From NCBI GenBank assembly GCA_001244265.2, contig CDLV01000008.1, forward strand, positions 434,001 through 498,000: a stretch of DNA of 64,000 bases, read 5' to 3'. This document shows positions 50,131 through 64,000 of this stretch, one piece after another; position 1 is the first letter of the stretch; each line of letters begins with the position of its first letter. Under the pieces are notes generated by a model. That model was not told the DNA's origin and did no database searches. It worked only from the letters and a program-made list of their open reading frames with translations. A program made the translations under genes and the position numbers. The DNA comes from Microbotryum violaceum. Taxonomy: Eukaryota.

Positions 50131-51281
50131 TTATGTTTCAATTTGTGAATCGGCAAACGTCGCTAGCCGTCGCTCGATAGATAACTGCCTCCTGTGGGAA
50201 CGAATCACTTTCCAATTCTCGCTCCCAGAATCAACAATACGACCAACGCCGGTGGTGCCAAAAAGGTTGTGGCGGCTCGAGTCGAGTCGATCCCGGAGGT
50301 CTGGTCGGCCGCGAGCTTGAGAAGGTATAGAGACGAGCCTGAAGGAGAAGATATCTCCTGTCAGCTACTTACCAATAATCTGGGACGTAGCTATACGCGC
50401 GTCATACCTTGAGCTCCGAACCAGATGGTTGAACTGAGCATCGACGAGAGGACAAAATCAGCAGTCCGGTCCGTTCGAACTTAGGGGCCCGGGGCGGCAA
50501 GCAACTCGAGATCGTGTGTAAGGGACTCACCGGAGCAGGGAAACAATCTTCGAATTCCCAAAGATATAGACGGGGTTGTATATCAACCTCAGAACAACGC
50601 TAGAAGGAGATGGCAGTCAGCTGCTGGGTATCACGAGCTGGCAGAACTCAGACTCGACAGTGACTGACTATAGGACGGCAATTTGATTCAACTTCTCCGT
50701 CGATACCGAATCCCAATTGGCGGAAAGCTGAGGGATAAAGATTGACAGATGAACGCCCGTTGTAATGTGTGGAAGGAGAGGGAGAAAACGTGACGTACGA
50801 TCGCGCCGACGAAGAGTGAAAGGTTCTCCAACCCGTTCGTGTGAGCCGCCGAGGCTGCGATGGACGAAGCCGTGTGAACATCCAGGTGTCTGATAACATT
50901 ATTAAGGGTTTCTCGCCTACCTCGTTTGAATTGAGCCAGCTTGTGCGCTGGCAATCTCGCCGAGGCGGCATCGACGTTGCCCCTATCCAGGATCCGACCG
51001 CCTCAGACACTAGTTGAAGGATCAACAGAGTATTGTCTTTGGAGTCCGAAGACGACTGACCTTGGTGATGCATTACTCCATTTTCCTACGGTCAAGATCA
51101 TGGCAATCTACGTGTCATAAGGATCAGTCGGAGATCTCCGGAACGTCGACCCGAGCTGGAAAATTTACGGACCTGGGAGCAGGGCCAAGATGTAGGCGAG
51201 TGGAATCGCATAGAGGGAGATGTTGACTTTGGTCAGATCGAGAGAAAGGTGCTGTTGCGCTTGCGAGGTGATGGACTCCAT
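50131..51281 (-). CDS. MAPEG-family membrane protein, many short exons
   Basis: Manual splicing gives NISLYAIPLAYILALLP / KWSNASPR / GNVD...KLAQFKR / ASAAHTNGLENLSLFVGAI / VLRLIYNPVYIFG...LLR / STIWFG. RAxxAHxNxxEN is the MAPEG signature. The last exon and stop are less certain. Confidence 0.8.
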
Positions 51282-51882
51282 TTGTGGGTTAAGTGGGTCG
51301 GAGTGGTTTTCACGTGGTCCGAGTCAAAGCTCAGAGCGCTCAAGAGCACCCGGGCGGTCATTCGCTGGTCAATGGTCACTAATGACTGAAGTTGCAATAG
51401 TCGTACTTACTACTGACTTTGTCGGATGGTTCAGGGGTTAAGCCTTTCGGTCAGTCCTGATCAGAATCAAGCGACAAGTGGGGGCGATGAGTGCAAGACA
51501 CGAGGAGAGAGAAAGAGATGTCATGTGCCAAAGGCAGTTGAAGCTGCCAGCGTCATCAGTGCAGCGTCAACTCGCCGATGGCTCGTCTCGGCGATGCGGG
51601 CATTAGCGCATTAGCGCATTAGCGGCGCGGCGGGCGGTGGGCGGCGGCTGGTACCGGCTGGTGCTCACGCGCTCAATTACAGTCTTGCCAAAGCTCGCCA
51701 AAGTCCCAGCCGAGCCAGGCCGAGCCTGCGCAGCCGAGCCCAGCCGCCGCCGCCCTTCTCGGCTTCTGTTTGACAACCCCGCGCCAGGTGTAGACTGCCC
51801 ACCGACCCGTACACGACTCTTCACAGATTCTCGTCTCGAGACTGTGGGTGATTGTCTCGCCAGGAGAGGGTAGTTGGATTGG

Positions 51883-54800
51883 ATGCTGGTTCAGCGGGAC
51901 CATGCGTCCGAGCTTCTTCGTTCTTCATCGCTGAACTTGGACGTGCACCACCCTGTCCACCCAGCGCCGCCGTTCGAATCGCCGCCGTCGCTCGCAGTCG
52001 CAACACCACTGGACACCTCTTTGGCTCGGCAGACTCGCACGGGCTCGGCCTCGCACGGCATTGAACTGGGTCCTTTAAACGTCGGCAACAGCAATAGTAG
52101 CAACAGCAAGAAGAGGAACGACGACGACGACGACGAGACCGACGACGAGGAAGCCCAGGTCAACCCTCTGTTCGCCATCTCGCAACGCGTACAGGCCGGC
52201 AGTCTCGAGTCGGTGCACGTCATTGACGATCGCTCCGTCGTCTCGGGCCATCCCACGCCTTCTCTGCTGCATCCGAGTACCTGGTCCGCTCCTTCGATAC
52301 CTCGACACCACAAGAACAACCACAACACTAATAACAACAGCAACCAGAATTCGGGCAAGGACAGTCCCGCGGCCATGGTCCACCTCAATGGCGCTCCTAC
52401 CTCGTCCGAGTACGGCAAGGGCGCCATCGCACGAACGACCAGTGCGCTCTCAACCTCGTCCTCGTCGGCCGGCGCATCCTTCACGAACGGCAAGAGCCAC
52501 GTCTCCAAGCTCAGCCAGCGCGAGAAAGAGCGGGAACGGGCCATGAGTGGATCTTCGCAACACTCGGGTCATTCGGGGCGCTTCGTAATGCACGGCGAGG
52601 GCAACGACGATCCCGCGCCGGACGAGCATACCGTATGCCATCTGCGAGAGTACGACGTGCATTCGTCAAAGCGAGAAGCGTGGAAGATGAAGGCCTCGGA
52701 CTGGAAGATCGGTATGAGGGAGCGCATGCACAGCGGCGACTCGAGCTCGTACCATCAAGCCGACCACCACCACTGCGACGACCCAAGCATCTCGAGCCAG
52801 CTCAGCCGGTCACTGCACTCCCAGCCGTCACATCTCGATTCGCACGAGCGACCGGTGATTATCAGTCTGAACGAGTTCACGAACGAACCCGTTTCGATGG
52901 TCCTTCCCGAGAGCGATACGCCGACGCGGTCGGAATTGCCAGTATCGATGATCGCTTCGACCTCGAGTCCACCTGGGCTGAACGGGACACCGAGCAACAC
53001 CATCGCCGGTCCTTCCGGCGCCTCGGTTCTCCAGGGCGCCCCGATACTTTCCCCGATATCCCAAGTGACGTCCTCTCCTCGCTCCGCAATCCCCGTCCTC
53101 AATGCGCCGGGTTACCTCGTCACCAATTCCCGCATTCCACCCGTACCGACCGTGGCCAACGGTGTCTCCACGTCTGATCCGTCAATGAATGGTCATGGCT
53201 CTCCCGCACAGCGACTGGTCCCAATCGATTCTCTCACTCGCCCTCTCCTACCAGGCGACATCGCACTCACGACCGTCACCTCCGCGTTCTCGGGCGATCC
53301 CTCGTCCGTTTCATCCTCGAGCCGAAACCGACGCAGTCACTCGTCAGCAGAAACGACTTGTCCGGGGTACGTATCACCTCCCACGGCGACCACAAGCCTT
53401 CTTCCGCCGCTCCAAGTATCGCACCGAACCATGAACGCTTCAATGGTCACCTCGCCAGAGTCGACCGCGGCACCTTACGACGAGGTCGAGTCATCGATCG
53501 CGGCCCAGGCCGAAGTGATCCGAAAGAAGCGACAAGAGAAACGGGCGGAGAAAGAAACAGGCGGGGACAACTACGGCACCTCGAGCAACGAGGATAGGTC
53601 GGGGAGACCGGGGGCTCCGATGATCAAGCGGAGAAGTACGCGCTTGGGCAGCGGGGACGGCCCGGGGACAGGTGTGCTCGTTGGGAATCTGATCGGGCAG
53701 GACCATGCCAACTATGTCCTGATGTACAACATGTTGACGGGAATTCGAATTGGAGTGAGTGACCGCGTAGAAATGGACCGAGTTGGGAGCGAGCCTCTTG
53801 CTAATGGCTTGCGCTTTCCCAACCTAGGTCTCGAGGTGTCAAGCAAAACTGAAACGTCCGCTTACCGATGCCGACTATACGGCACGCCACAAGTTCTCAT
53901 TTGATATGTGAGTACTAGGCAATGAGGAAGAATGGTGAGCTTGTCCACTGACGTTTCGTGTCATGTGCTGCGCACAGCGTTGGGAACGAGTTGACCCCTT
54001 CGGTCAAGTACGACTTCAAGTTCAAGGACTACGCACCATGGGTGTTCCGAGAACTGCGCGAATACTTTTATCTCGACCCTTCGGATTACCTCGTATCACT
54101 GACGGCCAAGTACATCCTCTCCGAACTGGGCTCACCGGGCAAGTCGGGTTCCTTCTTCTACTTTTCCCGCGACTATCGGTTCATCATCAAGACGATCCGC
54201 CACGCCGAGCACAAATTTCTACGATCGATCCTCAAGCAATACCACGAGTATATCAAGGAGAACCCGCATACCTTGCTTTCTCGGTTCTACGGCCTGCATC
54301 GCGTCAAGCTCCCCCGCGGGAGAAAGATCCATTTCGTTATCATGAACAACCTTTTCCCTCCTCATCGCGACATTCACGAGACGTACGACCTCAAAGGCTC
54401 GGCGATTGGGAGGAAGACGCCGGACGAGAAGGTGCAGGAAAGCTCGCATGCCATTTTAAAGGACCTAAATTGGATAGAGAGGGGAAGGCAGTTGGATCTC
54501 GGGCCGGAGAAAAAGGCTCTGTTCGAGGAGCAGCTGAGAAGGGACACGGAGTTGATGCAGAAGCTGCGCATCATGGATTACTCGCTATTGACGGGCATTC
54601 ACAACGTTCGAAGGGGGAATCAGGACAATCTCAGGGACAACATGCTTACCGTCTTCCAGGTTAGTTGCGTTTTTTGTGGTCGCTCATTCTGTGCGAGTGC
54701 TCACGCAATGCCTGTGAACTGCTCCGCGTTGCCAGCCCGACACCTTCAAGACCCCGCGGCGCAAGCTTACCGATGCGAAGCGCGACTTTGATGCCGCGGC

Positions 54801-55334
54801 CGTTCGCAAAGCCGTACAGCAATCCGATCCTAAAGCGCTGTCGGAAACGAACAAGCTTCCCGACCAGGACACGTCGGAGCGGCGCATGTTCTTGTTCTAC
54901 CAGGACGAAGGCGGGATTCGCGCCACAGGTGATTGCAACGAGGACCTCGGCGTCATATATTACCTTGTAAGTTGGTATGCGCCGTGTCATCACCAGATCG
55001 ACGAAAGCTGATCGCAACTTTGCTTATCAGGGTATCATCGACATTCTCACCCCTTACACGTTCGTCAAGAAGGTCGAGCATTACTGGAAGTCGTTCAAGC
55101 ACAATGGGGTACGCGCTTCGGATCCACTATGCTCCTTTGGTCTCCTGCTGATTTGAGCTACTCTATCCACACCAGCACATGATTTCCGCGGTGCCTCCGG
55201 AAGAGTACGGCGATCGTTTCATGGCGTTCATCTACTCCCTTATTCGGGGAAATGATACCTCGAAGCGACCGAAGATGTACGAGCACGATCCACCGCCGCC
55301 ATCTACAGCCGCTACAAAGCCAAAGACAGAGTAG
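51883..55334 (+). CDS. MSS4: Phosphatidylinositol-4-phosphate 5-kinase with long disordered N-terminus, multi-exon
   Basis: [66 protein letters not shown] and GIIDILTPY. Confidence 0.96.
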
Positions 55335-56284
55335 TTTCAGACCCTATACCATACCCCTCGTCTCTGTCGACTATACCTACCTCCCAATTCTCTGGGTCTC
55401 TTTACCTGAGGTATCGCTCTACGCTCGTTTACCCCCATCCCCCTCTGCTAAATCCGAATTCCGTTGATTTGTTCCCCATGTCCGATCACACATTCTTTTT
55501 CTCCTTCTTGTCTAATTCTGGTCGTTTTTGTTTTCTTCGAGTTCCGATGATGTCGATGTGATGTATGATCATTATTTTGAAAAATCCTGGGCGCCGGGGT
55601 GGACGATCTTGTTCGATCACTGAGAGTGGAGTGGGTAAATCCTGCGTCTTGACATTGCATCCGCACTTTGTTTGTTTTTGTGTGCGCTCTCGTCTTCTTC
55701 GTCTTGTACCTGACACAGATTGCAGCCATTTGTCAGTCCAAAGAAGCGGGTCGCGGAAGGGAGTCGACTAACTCTGACTTATTGCGAACGTCCTTATAAC
55801 TCGACCGGTGGGGCAAGTGGTAGTAATCTTGCCTGCCAAGCATTGTCGATTACATAGTATCTTCCCGCACAAGGCCAAGCGATGAGGAAAGAAAATAATG
55901 TCGGCCAATACCTGGCAAACCCAGCTCCATTCCCCCAAATTTCAACACCGGGCAAGCGATCAGTGCGCTCCGGAAGCGGTTCACCTTCGCAAGATAGCAC
56001 AGCCTCCCCAGCCTCCCCCTCCTCTCTATTCACTGTTGATCGCAATACCCAATTCAGAGGCTGTGCCCAGCATGATGCGAGAACGACATAAGAAGAAAGC
56101 GTCCCATACGTGTTTAATTGAGGTATACCATAAGGTCCTTTCCTCCACGGTCGGGCCAAAATGTTTCATCATCTTCGTGACCGTCCGAGCAAATCGCCGC
56201 ACCATCCCGAGACAGAATACAAACGAAGCACTCTTACGCGGAGACCCAAGTATGTTACAACAATGCGCTCCAAAAAAGAACACC

Positions 56285-57637
56285 CTACCCAAAGATGTCA
56301 TCGATCTCATCTTGATCGTCCTGATCCTTCTTGCTCTTCTTCTTCTTCACCTTTCTCGGCTTGGAAAGGTTTTCGGTAGCGAGATCTCGACGTCGTTTCT
56401 TCTTCAAGACTTCGTCGATGGGCGGAGGCAAGGATACCGTTGCCACGTCTTCTTGCTCCGGTGCTGGGGTCTCTTCCTCAGGAACCGGTGCCCCTCTAAT
56501 AGTCTCCTTGTTCGAATCGTCAACCACCTCGACAGTGGCAATCTTCCCTCGAGCCAAACGCATCAACTCCTCCCTACTTATGACGGTGCCCACATCATCT
56601 CCGACTCCACCTTCCGGCCCATTATCCGAGATTACGATTGGCGTGAGGTCTGTCGAGACTTGTTCACTGTTCAATCTTGAGGTCGTTAAAGATGCCAAGG
56701 CCAGGTCGGTCAAATCCAGATTGGGTGCGAATTCGCGTAGCTCAGGCTGCAAGCCTCTGTAATGTCGTCGAGCTTGTTCAACAAGATCCTGAAAAAGAAC
56801 AGGGGACGACTTTTAGTTTATACGCACAAAGCATTTGGTACTCGATCCGCCTCTCGAACTCACCTCGTTCGACTCGACGGAGCGAATCAACTTGGCGACG
56901 ATCTGCGCTGCGTGAGCGAGATCTTGTTGAAGGGCCAAGGTGATGGCGTACAAACGCGCATGGAGGGAGGTCAGAACCAAGGAGAAGGGGAGAAAGGCGC
57001 GGGAATGGACGAGTTGAGAGAGCGTTCTGCGTGAAGAAGAAGTGCGCTCAGTGGGCCAAATTCTCGGACCCTGCCCAGCTTGATACATACTCGGAGGAAG
57101 AGAAGAGGACTTCAATGGCCTACCAAATGGATATCATATTGAGGGTCAGCCCAAATCGTTCAAAGATCAGCAGAGGCACCCTCAACGTACCTTGGTGACG
57201 ACCAGAGAAGCTCGAGGCAATCGCGAGAAAAGGACAAGTAGCGACGAGGGTTCTAGGGTCGCATTCTGGTCCGTCTCGGCACTGTTCATAGGTCAAAAGC
57301 AGACATATGAGCTCTATCCACACGTGTATCCCAAGGTACTGGTGGGCGTCACTGACTCGAGGCCCAAAGCGACGAGCAAGCTTTTCAGCTCATCCGTGAG
57401 CCGGCCAATGACACGATCGACATGTATGATCCTCTTCCACCATGCGTTGGCCTTATGCTGGTTCTTGTTCTTGTAGCAGAATCGACGGAGCAGTGCTGCC
57501 TCCTGTTGCAGCTGCGGCAGCGATCGTTTGAGTGGCCTCAGCGACGAGACCAAGCCTGGCAGGGAGGCGGCGCTGAGGGAGGTCGAGGCGGTCGAGTCCT
57601 GAATCGGCACAGTAGTAGGTAAATGCCGCTTGATCAT
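56285..57637 (-). CDS. RMP1: RNase MRP protein subunit Rmp1-like, multi-exon
   Basis: LRRFCYKNKNQHKANAWWK motif, FLPFSLVLTSLHARL helix and Lys-rich tail ending DEIDDIFG*. Confidence 0.75.
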
Positions 57638-58122
57638 GGCATTGGGGCTTTTTCGAACCTGAGTTTATACGAGACAGCGAACCCAGAGAAGCAACGAGCT
57701 GAGGAGTCCAGAGATGCGTGGTCTGGGGAGGCTGAGTGTATGCGCGCAAAGAGGTAAGGCTGGCTGTGAACCGACACAAACGACTCAATTGACGATTACA
57801 AATGCGCAGCTGGCGTGCGAAGGCGCTGACAGGCGCTGACTCGCGTTGCGCTGCGAAGCTGTCGGGCGGGCTCACTTGGCGAGTCACGCCGATTGCTTCA
57901 CTTCTCCTCCTCCTCCTCCCCTCGTTGCCTGAAACACACGCACGTACACATACGGCCAACAGTCAAGAGCCTTAACGCACTCGGCTAGGATACGCGTCCG
58001 ATATCATCAGGGTTTACCGAATAGGAAACTGCTCGTGAACGTACTCGCTGTCCATCTCCGTCGTTTCGTCAGCCGATCCTCGACGACTTGCAGCTTCTAC
58101 ATCGGCACTTGCATCTCGTATC

Positions 58123-60100
58123 ATGAGCACCAACGCAGCAGGAGTAGTCTATGTGGCACCCGCACAACAGACCGCCTACGTGCTCTGTGCTGGTACGTAC
58201 TTCTCTAAATTCTTCTCGACATCTAGCGCCACAGCCGAGCCGAGCTGAGCTGAGCTGAGCTGAGCTAACCAATATGACTTTCCAAACATGATACGTCAAA
58301 CAGACTGCGGTACACCAATCGAGCCAAACAATGCCAATCTCTGCGTCAACTGCTTGAGGAATGCGTGCGTTACTCCCTTCGAGCCTTTGGTCTCGCCGAA
58401 GATTCGTTCCGACTCCCGAGTGCTGATCTTGCATCCGCGACTTTCCCAATAGCGTCGACATCACCGAAGGCATCCCGAAACAGACGAGCATCAATTTTTG
58501 CAAAGGATGCGACCGGTACCTGTCCCCACCGACGACGTGGACCATTTGCCAGCTCGAATCGAGGGAGTTGCTCGCCATCTGCCTGCGTAAGCTCAAGGGG
58601 CTCAGTAAAGTGCGCCTCATAGACGCCGGCTTCATCTGGACCGAACCCCATTCGAGGCGATTGAGGGTCAAGTTGACCATCCAAAAAGAGGTAATCAACA
58701 TTTCAGCTTTCAGCTCACCATATGAACCCCCCGCTGACCTCATGGCGATCTCACCCCAGGTCTTCACCTCGACGATCCTGCAACAAATCTTCGAGGTCGA
58801 GTACGTCGTACAAGGTGCCCAGTGCCCCGAATGCACCCGACTGGCCGCCAAAAACACCTGGCGTGCCTTGGTCCAGGTTCGACAAAAGGTCGACCACAAG
58901 CGAACCTTCTTGTACCTCGAACAGCTCATCCTCAAGCACAACGCCGACAAGGACACCATCTCGGTCCAAGAGGTCAAGGATGGGCTCAACTTTTTCTACT
59001 CGACCAAGCAACACGCTTTGAAGATGGTCGACTTCCTTGGTGCCATTGCTCCTGTCCGGTAAGTTATGCACCACAGTTATATTCGTGTGGGCCACGCTTT
59101 TGCTGACCCCTCAGAACCGCCTCTCCTCAGAGCCAAGACCTCGGAACAGCTCATCTCGCAAGACATTCAGAATTCGACCACCAACTCGAAATTGACCTAC
59201 TCGGTCGAGATTATTCCCATCTGCAAGGATGACGTTGTGTGCTTGCCTCGCAAAGTCGCCTTGGCCATGTCCAACATCTCGCAACTCGTCGTCTGCCACC
59301 GAGTTGGGAATCAGATCTACCTCATCGACCCTCTGACCTTGACCCTCGGCGATATATCCAGTTCGGTCTACTGGCGAGCGCCATTCAGTCCCCTGGCCGA
59401 TATCACTCAGGCGACCGAGTTCATCGTACTCGACATTGAGCCGACGTCGCACCCACCCAAGACGGCCAAAGGCGGTCGTTTCCTCCTCGCGGATGCCCAA
59501 GTCTCCCCCGTCGGCGGATCGATGAACAGCGACGTCATCTTCCATACCCGAACCCACCTCGGTGCCGTTCTCAAACCGGGAGATACCGTGCTCGGATATA
59601 TGCTCGGATCATCCAACTTCAACAACGACGCATGGGAAACGATGGACCAGTCGAGGGCTCCCGAAGTCATCTTGGTGAGGAAGACGTACCCGAACCGAAG
59701 AAAGAAGTCCAAGGCGCGTGGGTGGAAGCTCAAGTCGATGGTCAAGGAGGTCGGTGGTGCTTCGCTCGAAGGCGCCGACACGATCGGGTTGGGTCGTGAG
59801 AAATCCGAAGGCAGGAAGAGTCGTGGCGCCGGTGCGGCCGAACATGCCAAGGCCGAGGCCGACTACGAGAGGTTCTTGCGCGACATCGAAGAGGACGAGG
59901 AGATGCGTCAGACCTTGCGCTTGTTCAAAGACCCCAAGGCGGTGCAACAGCAGGAGAACGAGATGATTGAAGAGTCGGATTTCGAGGACGCCGAAGACGA
60001 CTTCCCCGAGATCAACGTCGATGACTTGTTGGATGATATGGAAGGCCTCAACATTGAGCCGGACGAAGAGGACGATGCTGGTATGGAACCTGATCAGTAG
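58123..60100 (+). CDS. NMD3: 60S ribosomal export adaptor Nmd3, multi-exon
   Basis: CADCG...CVNC, LESRELLAICLRKLKGL, DAGFIWTEPHSRR, VQVRQKVDHKRTFLYLEQLILKH and an acidic NES tail. Confidence 0.97.
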
Positions 60101-60325
60101 TGCCTCTTCCAGCTTGTGCAATCTCACAGCTGTCATTGCTATGTGAATCTTCATTAAGATCTTGTCTTCGTTTCAAATCCGAATATGTTCATAGCACCGG
60201 GAGAAGGGAAGTACAAATGCAAGAAAGAGGGCTTGATGTCGATGCTATACGTATACAGTGTCGGGAAAGGAACGAGGCAACAACGTCCCGGTCATTCAAG
60301 CGGCCGGTACAACCAGAGCAGTCCA

Positions 60326-62570
60326 TCACTCTGGAATAACATCCGTCGAATTCCTGGCCAGTGATGGAGTACTTGCTGTACCGTTGGCTTGAGAAAATGA
60401 CGGATCTTGATCCCTCGATCCTCGACCAAAGAATGATGTAAAGCTAGGTCTGCGACTCTGCGGTGGCGGACTGCCCAGTTCTGGCAGGATCCTCGATCGA
60501 CCTGGCCCTAATAAAGGCGGTGACAGTCCCGGTGATCCTGGTGAGATGGGGGACGTCATCCCTGGTGGGGAAGACATGCCGTCCACGTTCTTCTTCGGTA
60601 AGGTCGTCGAGGTGGAAGGAGCGGCTTGATTCGCTTCCTTGAGGAGAAACTCGATGAAGAGGTTCGAGAAGCTCTCGTTCTCGCCAAGGCCATCTTCCTC
60701 CTCCTGCGTCGTCGCAGCGGCTTTACCTTTCCCTGTACCTGCTCCTAATGACCGAGCGTGTCCTCTCCCTGTTCGCCCCGAGGAGCCGGCCGCGACCGAG
60801 CGTTGCAGTCCGACTTGTTCGCGCTGGTCGTCCGACCATGACAAGATCGAGGATAAGAGCTGCAGCATTTCGAAGCGTTTCGTGTCGCCCCGGGGAGTGT
60901 TGAGGAAACTGATAAGCACATTCGAGACGAGTCGTCTGGAGAAGCATCATGTTAATAAGGGTCAGCACATGCCGACAATTCAAAACTAGTCACCGCCTAG
61001 AGCTTCTCACCTGTCGACAGAGTTCTCGGACGAGTCTTTCTTAAGCCGCCGCAGAGCCTCCGTAAGATGCTCATTCAGGATTACAGCTGGTGGATCATCT
61101 CGTTTACTGTCAGTCATTCCGTCTCGCAGTGCCATTCCCTGGGGCTGAGAACACGACTCACCTTCATGCCGCAGCTTGCCCGTCAGCAGTGTCTTCTCCT
61201 TCAGCTCCTTGCTGAGCGTGATGACCTTCTCCGAATCGTTTTGCGCGGACGCAAGGTTTGCCTGGACCATGCGGCAATTATGAGATCAATGACAAGTCGG
61301 GCGGCATACTCGACGTGGCTACTCACCTCGGCGGCTATGGCCCTCTGCTTCCATATCCCGATCGAGTCGTAAGCACGGTCGAGTTGTGCTTGCAGGTCCC
61401 CTGTTGTCGACCTAAGTTCCTTCTCTTTGGCTACGAGTATAATAAGCTTGATCAGTATCTTCATTGACACTGGACTCTGTGCCCTCCGCACTTGAGCTCA
61501 CCTGCTTGGAACTCCTCCAAGACGGTTTGCAGATTCGAAGCGCTCTCGGCTTCCCGATCCCTCTCTTCCCTGAACGCATCGCGGTCGGCCTTGCATTGGC
61601 CGAGTTCCATTTCAAGTTGACCTAACCGTGTCGACAACTCCTCCCTCTTGACGCGTTCCCTCATAGCCTCGCCCTCCCACTCGTCGCGATCGATCCGAAT
61701 CCGCTCCGCCTCCTCCTGTGCGTCCCGCAGGGCCATCTCGCGTTCGGCAGCCTCGTCTGACAAACCTTTTTGGGAATCAAAGGCTCTGGCACGTAGGCTC
61801 TCGAGCTCGGTATGCAGTCGCTCCGAATCTTCGTGAGCCTGTATTAGCTCTGCCTTGAGGGTGTCGATCGTCGAGGCGAGGTCGTCGATGTGTAGCCGGA
61901 GCTCATTGATCTCTTGTTCTCGTCGGTCCAATTCATCCTATCGAAGAGAAGAGTGTTCGTTAGTTCTATCTCTGGGGTGAGCTTCCTCGCCATGACTGAA
62001 GCCGCCTCGAGGTTCCCCCCAATGGAATCGTTTGCCCCCCGCTCGTGACGGACGACGAACACGTTGAAAGCGAATGTGACTGACCGCATCCTGCTTGAGC
62101 TTGTCGCCGAGCGTGTTCCTCATCGTGGTCAATTTGCTAAGCAGACCATTGTACTTGTCCTCGAAGGCCTGTTTGTCCTCGCGTGTGCGCTGCAGCTCCC
62201 ACTCGAGCTCGGCGACGCGGTCCGTCCCGTCTAGAATTGGGCCGGCCTCGCCGTGTTCGTGCTCGTGTTCTTCAGGGTGGTGTGCTTCCTCTTCTGTCGG
62301 CGCCTCTTGGGGGTCATGTCCATTGGTGATGGTAGCTGTGTCGTCCCGCGCGTGCTCTTGTGCATGTTCTGGCCCGTGCTGTTCGTGTTCTGTCTCTGTC
62401 TCTGGGCCGTGATCGTGGAGCGGCTGGGGTTGGTGATGCTGCTCCTCGACGTCGGCGTCGGGCGTCGCACGGTCCATCGCCTGCGAGTCGTCCTCGTTCC
62501 CAAACCACGAAGCATCATCCTGCTCAGCATGCTCGAAAGGGTTCGGCGTGTCACCTTCTTCGGCCATCAT
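60326..62570 (-). CDS. RUD3: GRAB-domain coiled-coil golgin (Rud3/GMAP-210-like), multi-exon
   Basis: Long coiled coil, GKLRHE/AVILNEHLTEALRRLK, VDRRLVSNVLISFL...KRFEMLQLLSSILSW and FSNLFIEFLLKE. Confidence 0.85.
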
Positions 62571-64000
62571 CCTGGGCCCGTCAAAATCGCACACCAGCTC
62601 GAGTCGGTCCGCTCAATCGTCGGCTTCGTCGGCTGAGCGCTGAGCACTGCTGGATGGTGGGGAGCCAGGAGCACCAACGGCGGTGTGCCCAGCGCGCCTC
62701 TGGCTAGCTCGGCGATCCCGGTTGCATTACAAGCTTGACCTACCGGCCTATTGTTGTAGTAACACCGAAATCGAACCTTCGCAGCAGGGCAGCGGGTGAG
62801 CAATACTGTGTGGAGACAACTCAGGAGCAAGCTTTCAGAAAAATGTCGCGACGAAAATCAGCGCATCAAGCTTGCACAAAGTACCGCTTGTCTCTGACGT
62901 GGTCCGGCCGCCGGGAAAGACGGACAACCCGGTCAACTTTTCGGACATGCTTCGATTGAAGATATTCAGAAAAAAAGAAAAGCCCGACGATGCGTAGGAA
63001 GATCATTGGGCCGATGCAGTACAGCAGAAAGCGGACTTGTGATCTTCCCACCAGCCTTGGTAGATCGAAAACGTTGCACATCACAACGTGCCAATCGCTC
63101 ACGCACAACTCGCGGCGACGTCAACTGCTGGCCGCCACCGCTGATAGAGGCTCCTAACCCCCGCGCTCTCGGAAAGAGGGGGTGTTTTTGTGCCGTTCGA
63201 GCGGGCCTTGGACCGATGTGATCTGGAGTTTCCTTCTGTGATTCCTGGTTTGAGAATGAGCTAGCTTGCGCACCTCAACAGGACGCTTGCGGCAGCGCTG
63301 GCGTTCGCCAGGAAAGTTGAGCATGTGCAGGTGCAGCCCGGTAGCCGACAGCCTCGTACGCCTCTTGTCCTCGGACTCCCAGAGTGGGAAGAACAGGCAA
63401 TTGAACTACACGTTCTCTCTTTTTCCCCGCAACATCGCCGTACACGCCTATTCACCCGCTCGCTTGCATCAACGGCTGAGGAAAGCTGCGCCCGGCGGGG
63501 ACAGATTGACCGCGGGCCGCGGCCAAAAGCGTGAAAGCCGATTGTGTCTTCACGTCCCTTCGGGGACGCGGATCGACGCCGAACAGGGGTTACTTGGACT
63601 CAGCGCTCCGGAGATCGGAGCCTCGAAACCCTCGATCGCGGTAAAATTGACGCTCTCACGTAAGGGGCCGACCCATTCGTACCGCACGGTGACGAATTAA
63701 AGCATGCAGCAGCACTTGACGGATGCATGTCGTGCGGGGAGACGAGGATGGCTGGATCAGACGCGAACCCCCCAAATCGCTTCTGCTCTCGTCCATCACC
63801 GCAGTTCCCATCTCGCGAGTCCACACTTGCAGATGCGATCCACCATTCTAGCGGACTTGATTCTCCTCCCTCCAACAGCCCCTCATTTGGAAATCCCCTT
63901 TAACCCGACCGTGGCAAAGCCCAATGGGAGTCTCGTTCAATAACCGTCAAAAGAACACGATCTCAACCCAGCCCAGACTCAAAGCGCGGAGTAAGAAGAG

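Noticed and set aside
28255..60100. Functional cluster of ribosome-biogenesis genes (PWP2, RBG1, RMP1, NMD3)
   Set aside because: They are interspersed with unrelated genes, which is consistent with chance in a compact fungal genome.
62600..64000. Short ORFs at the right end of the window
   Set aside because: No motifs or coherent exon chain; probably intergenic or promoter sequence.

Overview
Eukaryotic, intron-rich, GC-rich fungal DNA. The gene style and protein content suggest a basidiomycete, probably Microbotryomycetes; this is an inference. Conserved genes reconstructed across introns: homocysteine S-methyltransferase, a TEN1-like CST subunit, a MOV10/SDE3-type RNA helicase, NUP188, ELP5, PWP2, a long-chain acyl-CoA ligase, alpha-COP, RBG1/DRG1, a MAPEG protein, MSS4, RMP1, NMD3 and a RUD3-like golgin, plus two unknown proteins. 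Two repeat-rich islands (about 22.6-28 kb and 41.8-50 kb) hold 5'-truncated LINE copies, a long (AAAG)n tract and an atypical kinase-like gene. The most striking structure is at 46167-46884: a non-coding miniature LTR retrotransposon (TRIM). It has 156-bp TGTTG...CAACA LTRs, a PBS and a PPT, and each LTR carries a tRNA-like cloverleaf with Pol III A/B boxes. One copy appears to have inserted into the tRNA-like part of another copy's LTR (5-bp TSD CAGTC), followed by an inversion, and a LINE then landed 35 bp upstream of one tRNA-like unit. Exon boundaries were read by eye, and CDS coordinates are gene spans that include introns.
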